Shown one piece after another: positions 24,373-32,076 of a DNA stretch of 40,000 bases. The stretch comes from Mycobacteriales bacterium. Its GTDB lineage: Bacteria; Actinomycetota; Actinomycetes; BP-191. The stretch lies in assembly GCA_035536955.1 (NCBI GenBank), contig DATLNF010000009.1, positions 1-40,000 of the forward strand. The letters run 5' to 3'. Both the position numbers and the translations under genes were made by a program. Position 1 is the stretch's first letter. Each line of letters begins with the position of its first letter. A model generated the notes under the pieces. That model was not told the origin of the DNA, did no database searches, and saw only the letters and a program-made list of their open reading frames with translations.

Positions 24373-27300
24373 CTAGGCCGGCTGCCCCACCACAGCCGTG
24401 AGCGCGGCCCGGGCCGCGGCGCGCTCGGCGACATGCTCCGTCGACTCGGCTCGCGCGACCGCCGCGCGCAGGTGCTTCTCGGCGCCGACCCGGTCCCCCG
24501 TCGCCGCCAGCACACTGCCGAGCACGCGCAGGGCGACGACCTCCGACCGAATGTCCTCGGCGGGGATCTCGGTCGCCCGCGCGGCCTCGACCAGTGCCTC
24601 CTCGACCCGTCCGGCGGCCAGCAGCGTCTCGGCGTGCAGGGCGACGACCTGCCGCATCGGCGAGAGCATCGTCGGCGGTCCTTCGCCCCCCGCTATCTCG
24701 CCGAGCACCGCGAGCGCCGAGTCGATCTCGCCCCGCGCGCGGGCGACCAGCCCGAGGACGACGCGCGCACCGGTGGACGAGCGCGGGTCGAGTCCCAGCT
24801 CCGCCTCGATCTCCACGACGCGCCGCGCGCAATGCTCCGCGTCGGCGAGACGCCCGCGGTCGAGGTGGCACCACGCGAGGACGTCCAACGCGAGCGACTC
24901 CGTCGTGGGGTGCCGCAGCCGCTGCGCCAGCTGGGCCGACTCGGTCAACCGACCGACCGCCTCGCCCTCGTCGCCTGCGCTGCGGGCAGCCGCGCCCGCG
25001 GCGAGCAGTGCGCGGGCGAGCCCCCACGAGTCGCCGAGCTCGCCGTAGATCTCGGCCGCCTCGCGCGCCGCTCGCAGCGATTCGGTCACATCCCCGAGAC
25101 CACTCGCCGCGAGGGAGTCGATCGTCAGGCAGGCCGCGGTCCCCCAGTGATCGCCGACCTGCCGAGCGGGCTCGGTGACCAGCGCGGCGAGCCGCCGCGC
25201 CTCCCGCAGGCGCCCCTGCAGCAGACGGACCAGCGCCTCGGTGCCGACGCACCAGGCGAGGCCACCGGCGTCACCGAAGCCCGCGAACACGTCCGCCGCC
25301 TGCCGCAGCGCGTCGTCAGCCGCCGGGTAGTCGCCGAGGGTGGTCGCGTTCCAGGCGAGGTGCTGCAGCGCCCAGCCCGTGCCGCGGGCGTCGCCCACGC
25401 GACGGGCCAGCTCGAGCGCCTGCTCGAAGCGCGACTGCGCCGCGTGCAGCCGGCCGGCGAAGTAGTCCATGAGGCCCAGCTGGCGCAGGGCCTCGGCGAC
25501 CACCCGGTCGTCCCCCGCGTCCGACGCCGCCGCCACCGCACGCACGAATGCCTCGGTCGCACCCGCCTCCTCCCCCCGCTTCCGCCGTACCTCGCCGAGG
25601 ACGACGAGCGCGGCCCCCCGATCGCCGGGGGGGCCGACGTCGAGGACGGGGTGGAGGACGTCGAGCGCCTCGTCGAGCCGATGCAGACCCGAGAGCGCCT
25701 CGGCCAGGGCCACCCGCACGATGCGCTCCGTCGACTCGGGCAGCCCCCGCTCCCCGAGGGAGAGCGCGCGGCCGAGCAGGTCGGCCGCCGTCGAGTTGTC
25801 GTCACGGGCGAGCGCGGAGCGGCCGAGGCGCGCGAGCGCCGCCGCACCGTCGGCGACGACGGAGTACGCCGGGTCGTCGGGCCCGAGCCCCATCTCGCCG
25901 GCGAGTCCGGCCGCGAGCTCGGCCTGGGTGGCGACGAACACGTCCACCTCGGCGGGCCCGCCGGGCATCTCGGCGCCGGCCCATCGCGCGATCGCGGCGT
26001 GCCGACGGGCACGGTCCCGCTTGGGCAGGCCCGAGTAGGCCACCTCGCGGGTCAGCGTGTGGGCGAAGGTGAACGTGCCCTCCCCCGCCGCGACGACGAC
26101 GTCGTGCTCGACGAGGGTCGCGACCCGCCGCGCGACCTCCTCCGCCCGGTCTCCGGACAGAGCGACCAGGGCCGCGACCCAGAACCTGCTGCCGACGACG
26201 GCGGCGTCCCGCAGCGTCGCGCGCGCGTCGCCGGGCAGCTCGTCGATGCGGGCGGCGAGCACCGAGTGGACGCCGGCCGGCAGCACGTGCGGCGGCAGCT
26301 CGCCGGTGACGACCCAGCCGTGGTCGGCGCGCACCAGCAGCCCCCGGTCGACCAGCAGGTGCAGCAGCTCGGCCAGGAAGAACGGGTTCCCCTGTGCCCG
26401 GTCGAGCAGCGCACGTCGGGGCGCCGGGTCGAGGTCGGAGCCACCCAGATACGCGCGCAGCAGCCGCTCGGCAGCCGGTGCCTCGAGCGGCGCGAGGGGG
26501 AGGAGCATCGCGTCGGGCAGGCGCTCACTCCACGCGGCGTGCCGCTCGAGGAGCTCCTGCCGGCCGACGGCGAGCATCGTGACCGGGCCGGTCACCCGCT
26601 CGGCGACGGAGACGAGCAGTTCGACCAGGCCGCGGCCCGACCACTGGAGGTCGTCGACGACGAGCAGCAGCGGACCCTCCTCCGCGAGCGCGTCGAACAG
26701 CCACACCAGAGCCGTCGGGACGTCGTCGCCACGGCGGTCGGTCTCCCCCGGGGGCGCGCTCTCGCGCGGCGCGGCCGGCTGCTCGTCGGCCAGGCCGAGG
26801 AGCCCGAGCAGTGTGTCCGCCAGCGAAGCCGCAGGCCATGCGGAACGCGCCGGGTGCTCCAGCCGGCTGACCAGGCGCCGCGCGCGCTCGCGTGCCTCGT
26901 CGTCGGAGTCGTCGTCACCGATGCCGCAGGCCGTGCGCACCATCTCGACGACGGGGGCCAGGTCACGGGCCCGGCCGTAGGGCGCGCACCGGCCCACCAG
27001 CACCCGCGAGCCGGGCAGCTCGCCGACGACGCGCGCGAGCTCCCGCCAGAGCCGGGTCTTGCCGAGCCCGGCGTCCCCGGTCAGGACCAGCGACGTCGGC
27101 GTACGCCGATCCACCGCGTCGCGGACCCGGCTCACCAGCAGGCCGAGCTCCGCCTCGCGCCCGGTGAGCGGCGCCTCGTCGCCGAGCCCGAGCCGGGCCG
27201 AGGCCCGCCGGCGCAGCCCGATGAGCTCGTAGGCCGCGACCGGTTCGCGCTTCCCCTTCAACCGCAGCGGCGGCAGCGCCCGCCACGACGCGATCGACAC

Positions 27301-27879
27301 CGTGGGCAGGGCCGTGTCCCGTCCGGCGAGGATCGCGCCGACGCCGGCCGCGTCGGACAGCCGCGACGCGGTGTTCACCGCGTCGCCGACCACCGTGTAG
27401 GACAGGGCAGCACGTACGCCGGCCAGCACCTCCCCGGTGTTGAGCCCGACCCGAAGGCCGAGCTGACGCCCACCGCCCGACTCCTCGGCGACGAGGCTGC
27501 GCACGTCGCTCTGCATCTGGACGGCGGCGCGGACGGCCCGCTCGGCGTCGTCCTCGTGCGCCATCGGCGCGCCGAAGACCGCCATGATGCCGTCGCCCGT
27601 GAGCTTGTCGACGTGGCCGCCGTACGCCGACACGGTGCGCGCCAGCGACACGAGGACCCGGTCGGTCACCAGGCCGACCCGCTCGGGGTCGAGGTCCTCC
27701 GCCCACGCGGTGAAGTCCGACAGGTCGCCGAACAGCACCGTGACGACGCGGCGCTCTGCCCCGTGATCGCCGTGCACGTCGGCGGTGTCGTCGAGCGACG
27801 TTCCGCAGTGGAAGCAGAACCTCGCGCCGGGAACGGTCGGCGTCGCGCAGACCGGACAGGCGATCCCGAGCTCGGTCAC
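24373..27879 (-). CDS. Zn-ribbon + class III adenylate cyclase + STAND ATPase + TPR-repeat protein
   Basis: 1168 aa. It has an N-terminal CPVC-x10-CFHC zinc ribbon. Cyclase motifs are VLFGDLSDFT, DKLTGDGIMAVFG (canonical Lys) and GDAVNTASRL. Walker A is GDAGLGKTRL. The C-terminus is long and TPR-like. The GTG start lies 2 nt after the MBL gene stop. Confidence 0.9.
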   Translation of the reverse strand: MTELGIACPVCATPTVPGARFCFHCGTSLDDTADVHGDHGAERRVVTVLFGDLSDFTAWAEDLDPERVGLVTDRVLVSLARTVSAYGGHVDKLTGDGIMAVFGAPMAHEDDAERAVRAAVQMQSDVRSLVAEESGGGRQLGLRVGLNTGEVLAGVRAALSYTVVGDAVNTASRLSDAAGVGAILAGRDTALPTVSIASWRALPPLRLKGKREPVAAYELIGLRRRASARLGLGDEAPLTGREAELGLLVSRVRDAVDRRTPTSLVLTGDAGLGKTRLWRELARVVGELPGSRVLVGRCAPYGRARDLAPVVEMVRTACGIGDDDSDDEARERARRLVSRLEHPARSAWPAASLADTLLGLLGLADEQPAAPRESAPPGETDRRGDDVPTALVWLFDALAEEGPLLLVVDDLQWSGRGLVELLVSVAERVTGPVTMLAVGRQELLERHAAWSERLPDAMLLPLAPLEAPAAERLLRAYLGGSDLDPAPRRALLDRAQGNPFFLAELLHLLVDRGLLVRADHGWVVTGELPPHVLPAGVHSVLAARIDELPGDARATLRDAAVVGSRFWVAALVALSGDRAEEVARRVATLVEHDVVVAAGEGTFTFAHTLTREVAYSGLPKRDRARRHAAIARWAGAEMPGGPAEVDVFVATQAELAAGLAGEMGLGPDDPAYSVVADGAAALARLGRSALARDDNSTAADLLGRALSLGERGLPESTERIVRVALAEALSGLHRLDEALDVLHPVLDVGPPGDRGAALVVLGEVRRKRGEEAGATEAFVRAVAAASDAGDDRVVAEALRQLGLMDYFAGRLHAAQSRFEQALELARRVGDARGTGWALQHLAWNATTLGDYPAADDALRQAADVFAGFGDAGGLAWCVGTEALVRLLQGRLREARRLAALVTEPARQVGDHWGTAACLTIDSLAASGLGDVTESLRAAREAAEIYGELGDSWGLARALLAAGAAARSAGDEGEAVGRLTESAQLAQRLRHPTTESLALDVLAWCHLDRGRLADAEHCARRVVEIEAELGLDPRSSTGARVVLGLVARARGEIDSALAVLGEIAGGEGPPTMLSPMRQVVALHAETLLAAGRVEEALVEAARATEIPAEDIRSEVVALRVLGSVLAATGDRVGAEKHLRAAVARAESTEHVAERAAARAALTAVVGQPA

Positions 27880-27881
27880 GG

Positions 27882-28697
27882 CTACCGGACCAGCTCGTGC
27901 CGGCCGTCGGCGTCGACGGCGACCCGGCCCTCGTCCCCGAGCAGCTCGAGCGCCGCGCGAAGGCTCAGCTCGGCGGCGTCCCAGAGCACCGGGTCGACGT
28001 CGTCGTAGATCCGCTCGACCAGCTCTCGCGGGGTCGCGAGGCCGAGCTCGGCCAGCGCCGCCGCAACCTGCGCGACCCGCTCGTGCCGGTGCGCGAGGTA
28101 GTAGGCGATGACCGTCGCGGGGTCGTCGACCACCGGGCCGTGCCCCGGCAGCAGCAGCCTCGCGCCGACGTCGCGCAGGCGCTCGAGGCTGTCGAGGTAG
28201 TCGCGCAGCCGGCCGTCCGGGTGTGACACGACCGTGGTTCCGCGGCCGAGGACGTGGTCGCCGGTCAGCACCGCGCCGTCGGCGGGGAGCACCACGCAGA
28301 CGTGGTCCGCGCTGTGCCCCGGAGTCGCGAGCGCGCGGAGCTCGAGGCCGTCGAGCTCGATGACGTCGCCGTCGGTGAGGCCCTCGTCGCCCAGCCGGTG
28401 GGCCGGGTCGAGAGCGCGCACCGGCGCTCCGGTGTCCTCAGCGAGGCGGCGGGCACCGGCACTGTGGTCCGGGTGACCGTGGGTCAGCAGGACCAGCGCG
28501 ATGCGCCCCCCCGCGCCGGCGACCGCGGCGCGCACGGCTGCCAGGTGCCGGGCGTCGTCCGGGCCCGGATCGAGGACGACGTACCGCGCATCGGGGCTCT
28601 CGGCGAGGAGCCAGGTGTTGGTGCCCTCGAGCGTCATCGGACCCGGGTTGGGCGCGAGCACGCGGCGGGCTCGCCCAATCGCCGGCTCAGCTGTCAT
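27882..28697 (-). CDS. MBL-fold metallo-hydrolase (Rv3677c-like)
   Basis: Starts at ATG 28697, overlapping the nudix end by 11 nt. It has the HxHxDH motif THGHPDHSAG and later GHSADH and PGHG. Confidence 0.9.
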   Translation of the reverse strand: MTAEPAIGRARRVLAPNPGPMTLEGTNTWLLAESPDARYVVLDPGPDDARHLAAVRAAVAGAGGRIALVLLTHGHPDHSAGARRLAEDTGAPVRALDPAHRLGDEGLTDGDVIELDGLELRALATPGHSADHVCVVLPADGAVLTGDHVLGRGTTVVSHPDGRLRDYLDSLERLRDVGARLLLPGHGPVVDDPATVIAYYLAHRHERVAQVAAALAELGLATPRELVERIYDDVDPVLWDAAELSLRAALELLGDEGRVAVDADGRHELVR

Positions 28698-29586
28698 CGG
28701 GGCCGGCCGCGACGTCGGGGTCGTCCGGGTAGCCCGGCTCGCCCGGCAGCAGGATCCGCACGTCGTCGCCGCTGACGACGATGCGCGGCAGCACCCGGCG
28801 GATGTCGCGGGCCGCGGCGGCGGCCAGGACCTCGGCGACGCTGCCGTACTCCGCGAGCTCGGCGAGGGTGAACACCGTGGGCGGCAGCATCGCGATCTCG
28901 CCGACGAGCTGCCGCTCGACGGCCTCCGCAGGCCGCATCCACCCGCTCGCATCGCTCTCGCCGGCGAAGTGCACCGGGGCCTGACCCGGCGGCAGCGCGG
29001 CCACGAAGAACCGCGTGTCGAACCGCTTCGGCTCGGTCTCCGGGGTTACCCAGTGCGCCCACGGCCGCAGCAGGTCGGCGCGCAGCACCAGCCCGTTCCG
29101 CTCGAGGACCTCGGCCATCGAGACCGACCGGTCGAGGAGGGCCGTCTGCTCGCGTCGCCAGCGCTCGATGTCCGCGTTGACGTCCACCGTGCCCGAGGCG
29201 TCCGGCCCGGCGAGCAGGACGCCGGACTCCTCGAAGGTCTCCCGGACTGCGGCGCAGACCAGGGCGCGCGACAGCGGCTCGTCCGCGGCCAGCGGCGCGG
29301 CCCACTCCGCGGGGCTCGGCCCGGTCCAGGCGGTCTCGACCGCTGCGTCACGCGGGTCGACCGACCCGCCCGGGAACACGTGCATCCCGCCGGCGAAGGC
29401 CATCGACGCAACCCGGCGCAGCAGGTACGCCTCGATGCCGTGGCCCACGGCCGAGTCGCGCAGCAGCACGACCGTCGCGGCGTGCCTCGGCTCGGCGACC
29501 GAGACCGATCCGTCGGCCACCGCCCGCGCCCGCTCGCGGATCTGCGGCGGGAGCCGGCGCCGGCTCGGATCGGTGGCGCTGGTCAT
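28687..29586 (-). CDS. NUDIX-family hydrolase
   Basis: 299 aa with a Nudix-box core AAVRETFEESGVLL preceded by FPGGSVD. Confidence 0.8.
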   Translation of the reverse strand: MTSATDPSRRRLPPQIRERARAVADGSVSVAEPRHAATVVLLRDSAVGHGIEAYLLRRVASMAFAGGMHVFPGGSVDPRDAAVETAWTGPSPAEWAAPLAADEPLSRALVCAAVRETFEESGVLLAGPDASGTVDVNADIERWRREQTALLDRSVSMAEVLERNGLVLRADLLRPWAHWVTPETEPKRFDTRFFVAALPPGQAPVHFAGESDASGWMRPAEAVERQLVGEIAMLPPTVFTLAELAEYGSVAEVLAAAAARDIRRVLPRIVVSGDDVRILLPGEPGYPDDPDVAAGPDDS

Positions 29587-29620
29587 CTGCCGAGCGTAGT
29601 GCGACGCCGGGAGCGAGAAG

Positions 29621-30082
29621 TCAGCCGACCTCGACGACGATCTCGACCTCGACCGGCGCGTCCAGCGGCAGCACCGCGACGCCGACCGCGCTGCGTGCGT
29701 GCCGGCCGGCCTCGCCGAACACCTCGCCGAGCAGCTCGCTCGCGCCGTTGATGACGCCGGGCTGACCGGTGAAGTCGGGGGCGGAGGCGACGAAGCCGAC
29801 GACCTTGACCACGCGGCGTACCGCGTCGAGGTCCCCGACCACCGACTTCACGGCGGCGAGTGCGTTCAGCGCGCAGATGCGCGCCAGCTCCTTCGCCTCG
29901 TCGGGGTCGACGTCCGCCCCGACTTTCCCGGTCGCCTTGAGCGTGCCGGACACCATCGGCAGCTGCCCCGAGGTCCAGACCAGGGAGCCGTTGCGCAGGG
30001 CTGGGATGTACGCCGCCACAGGCGGCACCACCTCAGGCAGGGACAGGCCCAGTTCGGCGAGCCGATCCTCTACTGCGGACAT
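29621..30082 (-). CDS. RidA/YjgF-family protein (Rv3678c-like)
   Basis: 153 aa containing TSGQLP and a C-terminal ARSAVGVAVLPLDAPVEVE, typical of the RidA family. Confidence 0.9.
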   Translation of the reverse strand: MSAVEDRLAELGLSLPEVVPPVAAYIPALRNGSLVWTSGQLPMVSGTLKATGKVGADVDPDEAKELARICALNALAAVKSVVGDLDAVRRVVKVVGFVASAPDFTGQPGVINGASELLGEVFGEAGRHARSAVGVAVLPLDAPVEVEIVVEVG

Positions 30083-30249
30083 CAGGACTCCTTGGGGCGC
30101 TTGAAGTAGGCGACGAGCTGCTCGGCCGACGCGCCCGGCACGACGGACACCAGCTCCCAGCCGTCGTCACCCCAGGTGTCGAGGATCTGCTTGGTCACAT
30201 GCGTGAGCAGGGGTACGGAGGCGTACTCCCACTTCGCTCGGTCGGCCAC
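30082..30249 (-). CDS. DUF4177-like small protein (55 aa)
   Basis: Not in the ORF track (under 60 aa). GTG at 30249 has GAGGAG 8 nt upstream. The sequence is VADRAKWEYASVPLLTHVTKQILDTWGDDGWELVSVVPGASAEQLVAYFKRPKES. Its stop overlaps the ridA ATG by 1 nt. Confidence 0.7.
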   Translation of the reverse strand: MADRAKWEYASVPLLTHVTKQILDTWGDDGWELVSVVPGASAEQLVAYFKRPKES

Positions 30250-30324
30250 GTCGTCGGCTCCTCGGCGTCACGCCGCCCGGCTCGGGACGGCGCGCGCAGC
30301 GTACCGGCGGTGGAGTCGCCGGCG

Positions 30325-30582
30325 TCAGGCGCTGCGCCGGCGCAGCAGCCGGCGGCGCTCGAGCTCGTTGAGGCCGCCCCAGATGCCGTGCGGCTCCTGC
30401 GCGGTGAGTGCGTAGTCCAGGCACTCCGTCTGGACCGGGCAGCGCCGGCACAGGGTCCGCGCCTTCGCCTCGCGGCTGTCCTTCTCCGGCTTGCGCTCGA
30501 AGTGGGCGGGCGCGAAGAAGTGCACGGCGTTGTCGCCGCGGCAGCCGGCATGGACGCGCCACGAGACGTCCTCACGGCTCAC
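30325..30582 (-). CDS. WhiB-family Fe-S transcription factor (paralogue, subtype not assigned)
   Basis: It has four Cys (C-x28-CRRC-x5-C), a GIWGG turn and a basic tail. Start chosen at GTG 30582, 8 nt after GGAGG (track start is 30591). Confidence 0.9.
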   Translation of the reverse strand: MSREDVSWRVHAGCRGDNAVHFFAPAHFERKPEKDSREAKARTLCRRCPVQTECLDYALTAQEPHGIWGGLNELERRRLLRRRSA

Positions 30583-30695
30583 GTCGACCACCTCCGCCCG
30601 TCTTGCACACTTCAGATTCGCGTGGCGGCGGAGAAGTTCCTGTCCGGTGCGCAGCGCTGCGAGATCGTTATCTTCCCGGTGCGCCCGAACGGCCC

Positions 30696-30830
30696 GCCCA
30701 GCCGAGCGGTGCCGCTCAGTCCGGTCAGGACCGGACTGGGGGCCACCGCTTGTCGAAGCCAGCCCGAGCGGTGCCGCTCAGTCCGGTCAGGACCGGACTG
30801 GGGGGCACCGCTTGTCGAAGCCAGCCCGAG
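30696..30830. repeat. 62-bp tandem direct repeat (2 full copies + about 11-bp partial third), each unit a nested palindrome
   Basis: Copy A (30696-30757) and copy B (30758-30819) differ at only a few positions. The third copy stops after GCCAGCCCGAG. Each copy has a core palindrome CAGTCCGGTC-AG-GACCGGACTG (30717-30738 and 30779-30800). This core is flanked by GCGGTGCC/GGCACCGC (30768-30775 and 30804-30811 in copy B). Confidence 0.85.
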
Positions 30831-30841
30831 GACGGGGCCGG

Positions 30842-31279
30842 CTACCGGATGATCCGGAACCGGATCGCGACGGTCTTCGCGCACAGCGGCAGGATCTGGA
30901 CGCTGCCCTCCGAGGCGCCGTCGAAGGAGATCTCGGCCTCGGCCTGGCCCTCGCGGTCGGTGCTCACGATGCGCAGGCCGGCCTGCTCGAGCAGCTCCCG
31001 CTGCCGGGCCTGCACCGCGACGATGTCGTTGTCGGCCGGCGCCTGGCCGAACAGGACGACCGTCTTGCCGAGCTCCTCCCGCCGCGTGCCGACCCAGCCG
31101 TCGTATGCCGGCAACGTCGCGGGGGGCGTCGCTGCCACCGCCGGGGGGGACACGATCCCCTCGCACGGGCGGTCGAACTCCTCCCCGCCGAACTCCTCGA
31201 CGTCGGCGGGCGACCCGCCGGCACAGCCGGCGAGAACCGCTGCCGCTGCCGCGACGGCCAGCGCGAGGCGACCGGTCAG
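30842..31279 (-). CDS. Lipoprotein of unknown function, apparent CTG start overlapping the SPFH stop
   Basis: High-GC3 frame encoding (L/M)TGRLALAVAAAAAVLAGCAGG, with lipobox LAGC. No in-frame ATG, GTG or TTG upstream of the lipobox until deep inside the SPFH gene. CTG at 31279 overlaps TGA 31276-31278 (CTGA). Confidence 0.6.
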   Translation of the reverse strand: MTGRLALAVAAAAAVLAGCAGGSPADVEEFGGEEFDRPCEGIVSPPAVAATPPATLPAYDGWVGTRREELGKTVVLFGQAPADNDIVAVQARQRELLEQAGLRIVSTDREGQAEAEISFDGASEGSVQILPLCAKTVAIRFRIIR

Positions 31280-32055
31280 CGCGCCTGCTCCGTCGCGCGC
31301 GCCGCGTTGTCGAAGAACCGCAGCAGCTCCACCGGGAAGGGCATGACGAGCGTCGAGTTCTTCTCCGCGGCGACCTCGACCACGGTCTGCAGCAGCCGGA
31401 GCTGGAGCGACGCGGGGTCGCGAGCCATCGCGGCCGCGGCTTCCGCGAGCTTCTCGGACGCCTGCAGCTCGCCCTCCGCCGAGATGATCCGGGCACGCCG
31501 CTCGCGCTCGGCCTCGGCCTGCCGGGACATCGACCGCTTCATCGTCTCGGGGAGCTGCACGTCCTTGATCTCGACCAGGTCGATGGCGATGCCCCACGGG
31601 CCCTCGGTCAGCCGGTCGATGATGTCCTTCAGCTGCGCGTTGATCGCCTGACGATTCGACAGCACGTCGTCGAGGTCGCTCTGGCCGATCACCGACCGGA
31701 GCGAGGTCTGCGCGACCTGCGACGTCGCGAAGAGGTAGTTCTGAACGTTGACGATCGCCTTCAGCGGGTCGATGACCTTGAAGTAGACGACTGCGTCGAC
31801 GCGCAGCGTGACGTTGTCGCGAGTGATGCCGTCCTGGGCCGGCACGCCGAGGGTGACGACCTGCATGTTGACCTTCACCATGCGGTCGATGATCGGGATG
31901 ATCACGTTGAGCCCGGGGCTCTTGATCGTCGACTGCACGCGCCCGAGGCGGAACACCACACCGCGCTCGTACTCCTGCACGATGCGCAGGCCGAAGATCA
32001 CGATGATGAACACGACGACGATCAGTGCGATGACGATGCCTCTGGCCATGCCCAC
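31276..32055 (-). CDS. SPFH/band-7 (stomatin-like) protein
   Basis: 259 aa with an N-terminal TM helix, then the SPFH core IVQEYERGVVFRLGR...TRDNV and a C-terminal coiled coil AEAERERRARII. Start is GTG 32055 or ATG 32049, after GGGGGAG. Confidence 0.95.
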   Translation of the reverse strand: MGMARGIVIALIVVVFIIVIFGLRIVQEYERGVVFRLGRVQSTIKSPGLNVIIPIIDRMVKVNMQVVTLGVPAQDGITRDNVTLRVDAVVYFKVIDPLKAIVNVQNYLFATSQVAQTSLRSVIGQSDLDDVLSNRQAINAQLKDIIDRLTEGPWGIAIDLVEIKDVQLPETMKRSMSRQAEAERERRARIISAEGELQASEKLAEAAAAMARDPASLQLRLLQTVVEVAAEKNSTLVMPFPVELLRFFDNAARATEQAR

Positions 32056-32076
32056 CCATCTCCCCCTCGGCTAGCG

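Noticed and set aside
24433-28008. 1191-aa plus-strand ORF antisense to the second cyclase gene
   Set aside because: The composition is Arg/Gly/Pro/Glu-rich with no motifs. The opposite strand encodes a protein with unambiguous cyclase, Walker A and TPR features.
30696-30830. Tandem repeat considered as a CRISPR array
   Set aside because: The units are directly adjacent with no unique spacers, there are only about 2.2 copies, and no cas genes are present. It is a tandem duplication or minisatellite, not CRISPR.
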